Assembly: GCA_963775425.1 (NCBI GenBank)
Contig: CAVZJB010000007.1
Coordinates: 96,001-160,000, forward strand
Direction: 5' to 3'
DNA from: an uncultured delta proteobacterium
Lineage (GTDB): Bacteria; Myxococcota; UBA727; VGSZ01
DNA: 64,000 nt
Numbering within the stretch: position 1 is the first letter of the stretch; every line of letters begins with the position of its first letter. The translations under genes and the position numbers were made by a program. Below the pieces are notes generated by a model. That model had not been told where the DNA came from. It did not search any database and saw only the letters and a program-made list of their open reading frames with translations. Positions 61,530 to 64,000 of this stretch are shown in pieces.

Positions 61530-62939
61530 CTACTTGATGGCGCCGAGGGCGCGGGCGTGCGCCACGATGCGGGCCACGGTGGCGGGGCCGTCGCGCCGGC
61601 CGTCCCTCGGCGAGGGGTGGGCGTCGGCCCAGGCCTCGAGCTCCTTCTGGCCCAGGTCCGGCACGGGCACCGCCCCGGGGGCGAGGTGGAAGTTGATGTC
61701 GCTCAGGCCAGAGGTGCAGCCGTCGGTGGCGTAGATGGCGTCGACGTCGACGTCGAGGGGCTCGAGCTCCGCCGGCGGCAGCGGCGTGCCGTCGAGCAGG
61801 AGCTGCTCGTCGAGGAGCCCCCACAGGTCGTTGGCGGCGTCGTCGCGCACGTTGAGGGGATCGAGCTCGTGCTGCCGCAGCACGCTCGCGATGACCGAGG
61901 TGTGGTCGAGCACCGTCGACGACACCTGCGGCCGCACGTACGGCGAGATGACCAGGCTCGGCACGCGGAAGCCGAGCTGCTGGAAGTCCTCGCGCTCGTC
62001 CGCCGTCTGCGGCGGCGCGACGTGATCGAAGAAGCCGCCGTGCTCGTCGTAGGTGACGACGAAGAGGCACTCGTGCCACTGCGGGCTCTTCGCGAGCGCG
62101 GCGTAGATGGCGGCGATGAGCACCTGGCCGGCCATGGGGTGCTCGGGCGGGTGGTCGTCGTTCATCCCGAAGACCGGGTCGAGGTGCACGAAGGGCGGCA
62201 GGGTGCCGGCGGCGGCGTCCTCGAAGAACGCATCGAGCTTCTTGTACTCGGGCTGCTCGAGCGAGTGCCCGGGGAAGATCATCTGGAACGGCAGGTTCCC
62301 GTAGTACTCGGCCCAGCGGACGCGGGCGTCGTCGAGCCGGGTGTAGATGGTGGGCAGCGTCTGGTCCTGCATCAGATCGTTGCTCTGGCCCCCGTCCGAC
62401 GACGCGAACAGCGAGAAGTAGCGGTTGGGCCACGTGGGGCCCATGACGCTCGCGAACCAGCGCTGGCACAGCGCGTAGTTGTCGGCGAGGGCGTAGCTCG
62501 TCGGGGCCATGGCGCGGTTCAGGTAGCCCATCACGCGGTGGGCCTCGTCGGTGCCGTGGGAGCGCTCGTGCACGCGCACAAAGCCGTCGTTTTGGCCGCC
62601 GTCGAAGCTCTCGTGCGAAGCGTTCCAACTGTGGTTCGGGTCCTCGATGCAGCTCGCGTCGGCGAGCGCGATGGGGATCTGGGTGCCGTCGGCGAGCGGG
62701 TTCTGCATGCCCGGCTTGAGGCCGTCGACGTCGTCGCGCCCCTCGAGCAGCGACAGCGAGCCGTAGACGTGGTCGAAGGAGCGGTTCTCCTGCATGAGCA
62801 CGACCACGGTCTTGATGCGCTGGCGCAACAGCGCCGGCGTCACCGAGGTGAACCCCGGCCGGCGCCCGACGCAGGAGACGGCGGGGGTGAGCGCGGCGGC
62901 CCCGAGGCCCTTCAAGACGGTGCGGCGATCGATGCGCAT
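61530..62939 (-). CDS. Phosphoesterase / phospholipase C family protein, Tat-exported lipoprotein
   Basis: DRRTVLKG Tat motif; MQENRSFDH, GPTWPNR, DDHP, TYDEHGGFFDHV.PP, GFRVP, DHTS. Confidence 0.92.
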   Translation of the reverse strand: MRIDRRTVLKGLGAAALTPAVSCVGRRPGFTSVTPALLRQRIKTVVVLMQENRSFDHVYGSLSLLEGRDDVDGLKPGMQNPLADGTQIPIALADASCIEDPNHSWNASHESFDGGQNDGFVRVHERSHGTDEAHRVMGYLNRAMAPTSYALADNYALCQRWFASVMGPTWPNRYFSLFASSDGGQSNDLMQDQTLPTIYTRLDDARVRWAEYYGNLPFQMIFPGHSLEQPEYKKLDAFFEDAAAGTLPPFVHLDPVFGMNDDHPPEHPMAGQVLIAAIYAALAKSPQWHECLFVVTYDEHGGFFDHVAPPQTADEREDFQQLGFRVPSLVISPYVRPQVSSTVLDHTSVIASVLRQHELDPLNVRDDAANDLWGLLDEQLLLDGTPLPPAELEPLDVDVDAIYATDGCTSGLSDINFHLAPGAVPVPDLGQKELEAWADAHPSPRDGRRDGPATVARIVAHARALGAIK

Positions 62940-63039
62940 GGATCCCCCATAGCAGGGCAAACCGTGACCCTACAGGCAGCTCATTATCGGAATATGCGTT
63001 CTGATCAACACCCGTCTCGCGGCGGGCCCGGCCGTCGGA

Positions 63040-63561
63040 CTACTTCTTTTCGAACGTGAACTTCTGGCCGCCGACGGCGGCGTCGGCCATGAGGCCCACC
63101 TTGGTGTAGGTCATCACGGCGACGCCGTTGTTGTAGCCGAGCGCGCCGCCGACGCCCTTGTCCGCGGCGACGGCGGTGGCGTGGGCGTCCATCTCGACGT
63201 TGCCCTGGATGAAGCGCTCGAGGGCCTTCTTATCCTTGAAGAACACGATCTCGGTGTACTGCTCCCCGCCGGCGCCGAGGCCGATGGAGAGCTGCATGAG
63301 CTTGCTCGTGCCGATCTCCTTGCCGCGCTGAAAGACCGCGCCCTCGCCGAAGGCGCCGCCGACGCCGAAGGCGCCGCGACCGACGCGTGGGAAGACCGCG
63401 TACGCGTAGGACGACTTGAAGTACGCCTTCAGCTCCTTCTTTCCCTTGAGCGTCTTGATGGTGGCGCCGAGCTCCGCCGTGCTCGGCGGCCCGGACGGCC
63501 CGTCGGCGAACGCCGCGAAAGAGAACAGCGACAGGACGATGGCGATGAGGAGCTGCTTCAT
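63040..63561 (-). CDS. Ysc84/SYLF lipid-binding domain protein
   Basis: Signal peptide; AYAVFP.VG.GAFGVGGA.GEG, GLMADAAVGGQKF. Confidence 0.85.
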   Translation of the reverse strand: MKQLLIAIVLSLFSFAAFADGPSGPPSTAELGATIKTLKGKKELKAYFKSSYAYAVFPRVGRGAFGVGGAFGEGAVFQRGKEIGTSKLMQLSIGLGAGGEQYTEIVFFKDKKALERFIQGNVEMDAHATAVAADKGVGGALGYNNGVAVMTYTKVGLMADAAVGGQKFTFEKK

Positions 63562-63616
63562 GCCGCGAGCATCCCGAGCGGCGCCGGCGCCACAAGGGGG
63601 CACACGGTGAGCGCGC

Positions 63617-64000
63617 TCACGCGCGGCCGAGCGCCTGGAGCTGCGCGAGCAGCGGCTGCATGAAGCGGTGGAACTCGTCCTGGTAGGGCTTCGGCACGGG
63701 CGCGGCGTTCGGGAACTTCTGCTTCGACGGATCGACGTGGACGCCGCTCTTGAACATCCCGAAGTGCAGGTGCGGCCCCGTCGACAGCCCCGTGGAGCCG
63801 ACGTAGCCGATGATCTGCTTCTGCGTGACGCGCGCGCCTTTCTTGATGCCGTCGGCGAAGCGCGACATGTGGAAGTACTCGGTCTCGAACCCGTTCATGT
63901 GCTTGATCTTCACCATGTTGCCCGCGCCACCGTTTCTGCGGGCGACCTCGACGACGCCGTCGGCGACGGTCCAGATGGGGGTGCCGATGGGGGCGCCGTA
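63617..64000 (-). CDS. M23 family metallopeptidase, C-terminal part (runs off the window)
   Basis: YGAPIGTP, Y.HMS, GSTGLSTGPHLHF. Confidence 0.9.
   Translation of the reverse strand, partial: YGAPIGTPIWTVADGVVEVARRNGGAGNMVKIKHMNGFETEYFHMSRFADGIKKGARVTQKQIIGYVGSTGLSTGPHLHFGMFKSGVHVDPSKQKFPNAAPVPKPYQDEFHRFMQPLLAQLQALGRA

Overview
A GC-rich chromosomal window, most likely from a myxobacterium-like (Myxococcota) organism. That inference rests on three Hanks-type Ser/Thr kinases, many Cys-rich lipoproteins, Topo VI subunit B and a calpain. It holds about 60 densely packed genes. I saw no rRNA, tRNA, CRISPR array or intact prophage. Recognisable genes are top6B, recQ, a stand-alone Cys-free rpsD, tolQ, pncA/pncB, dcp, 3-hydroxyanthranilate dioxygenase, yhhQ, an ABC-2 exporter, two PAS histidine kinases and a boxR-boxC-boxB benzoyl-CoA cluster lacking boxA. 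Most interesting signals: (1) a radical SAM/SPASM enzyme resembling tyramine-excising spliceases, divergent from a zinc-ribbon-led lipoprotein whose lipobox Cys is directly followed by Tyr-Gly; (2) a DUF1795/Eag-like gene coupled to a calpain-family protease and a small exported protein; (3) a DUF1338 dioxygenase fused to a PilZ domain next to an ALDH7; (4) a window-wide pattern of -10 boxes 6-8 nt before start codons, suggesting leaderless mRNAs; (5) an internally deleted IS1182-like element beside a long hairpin; (6) (Gly-Glu)n tracts in three unrelated exported proteins; (7) two frameshifts that are both an extra A within GATC. All family assignments come from motif recognition by eye, not database searches, and many start codons are my own choice.
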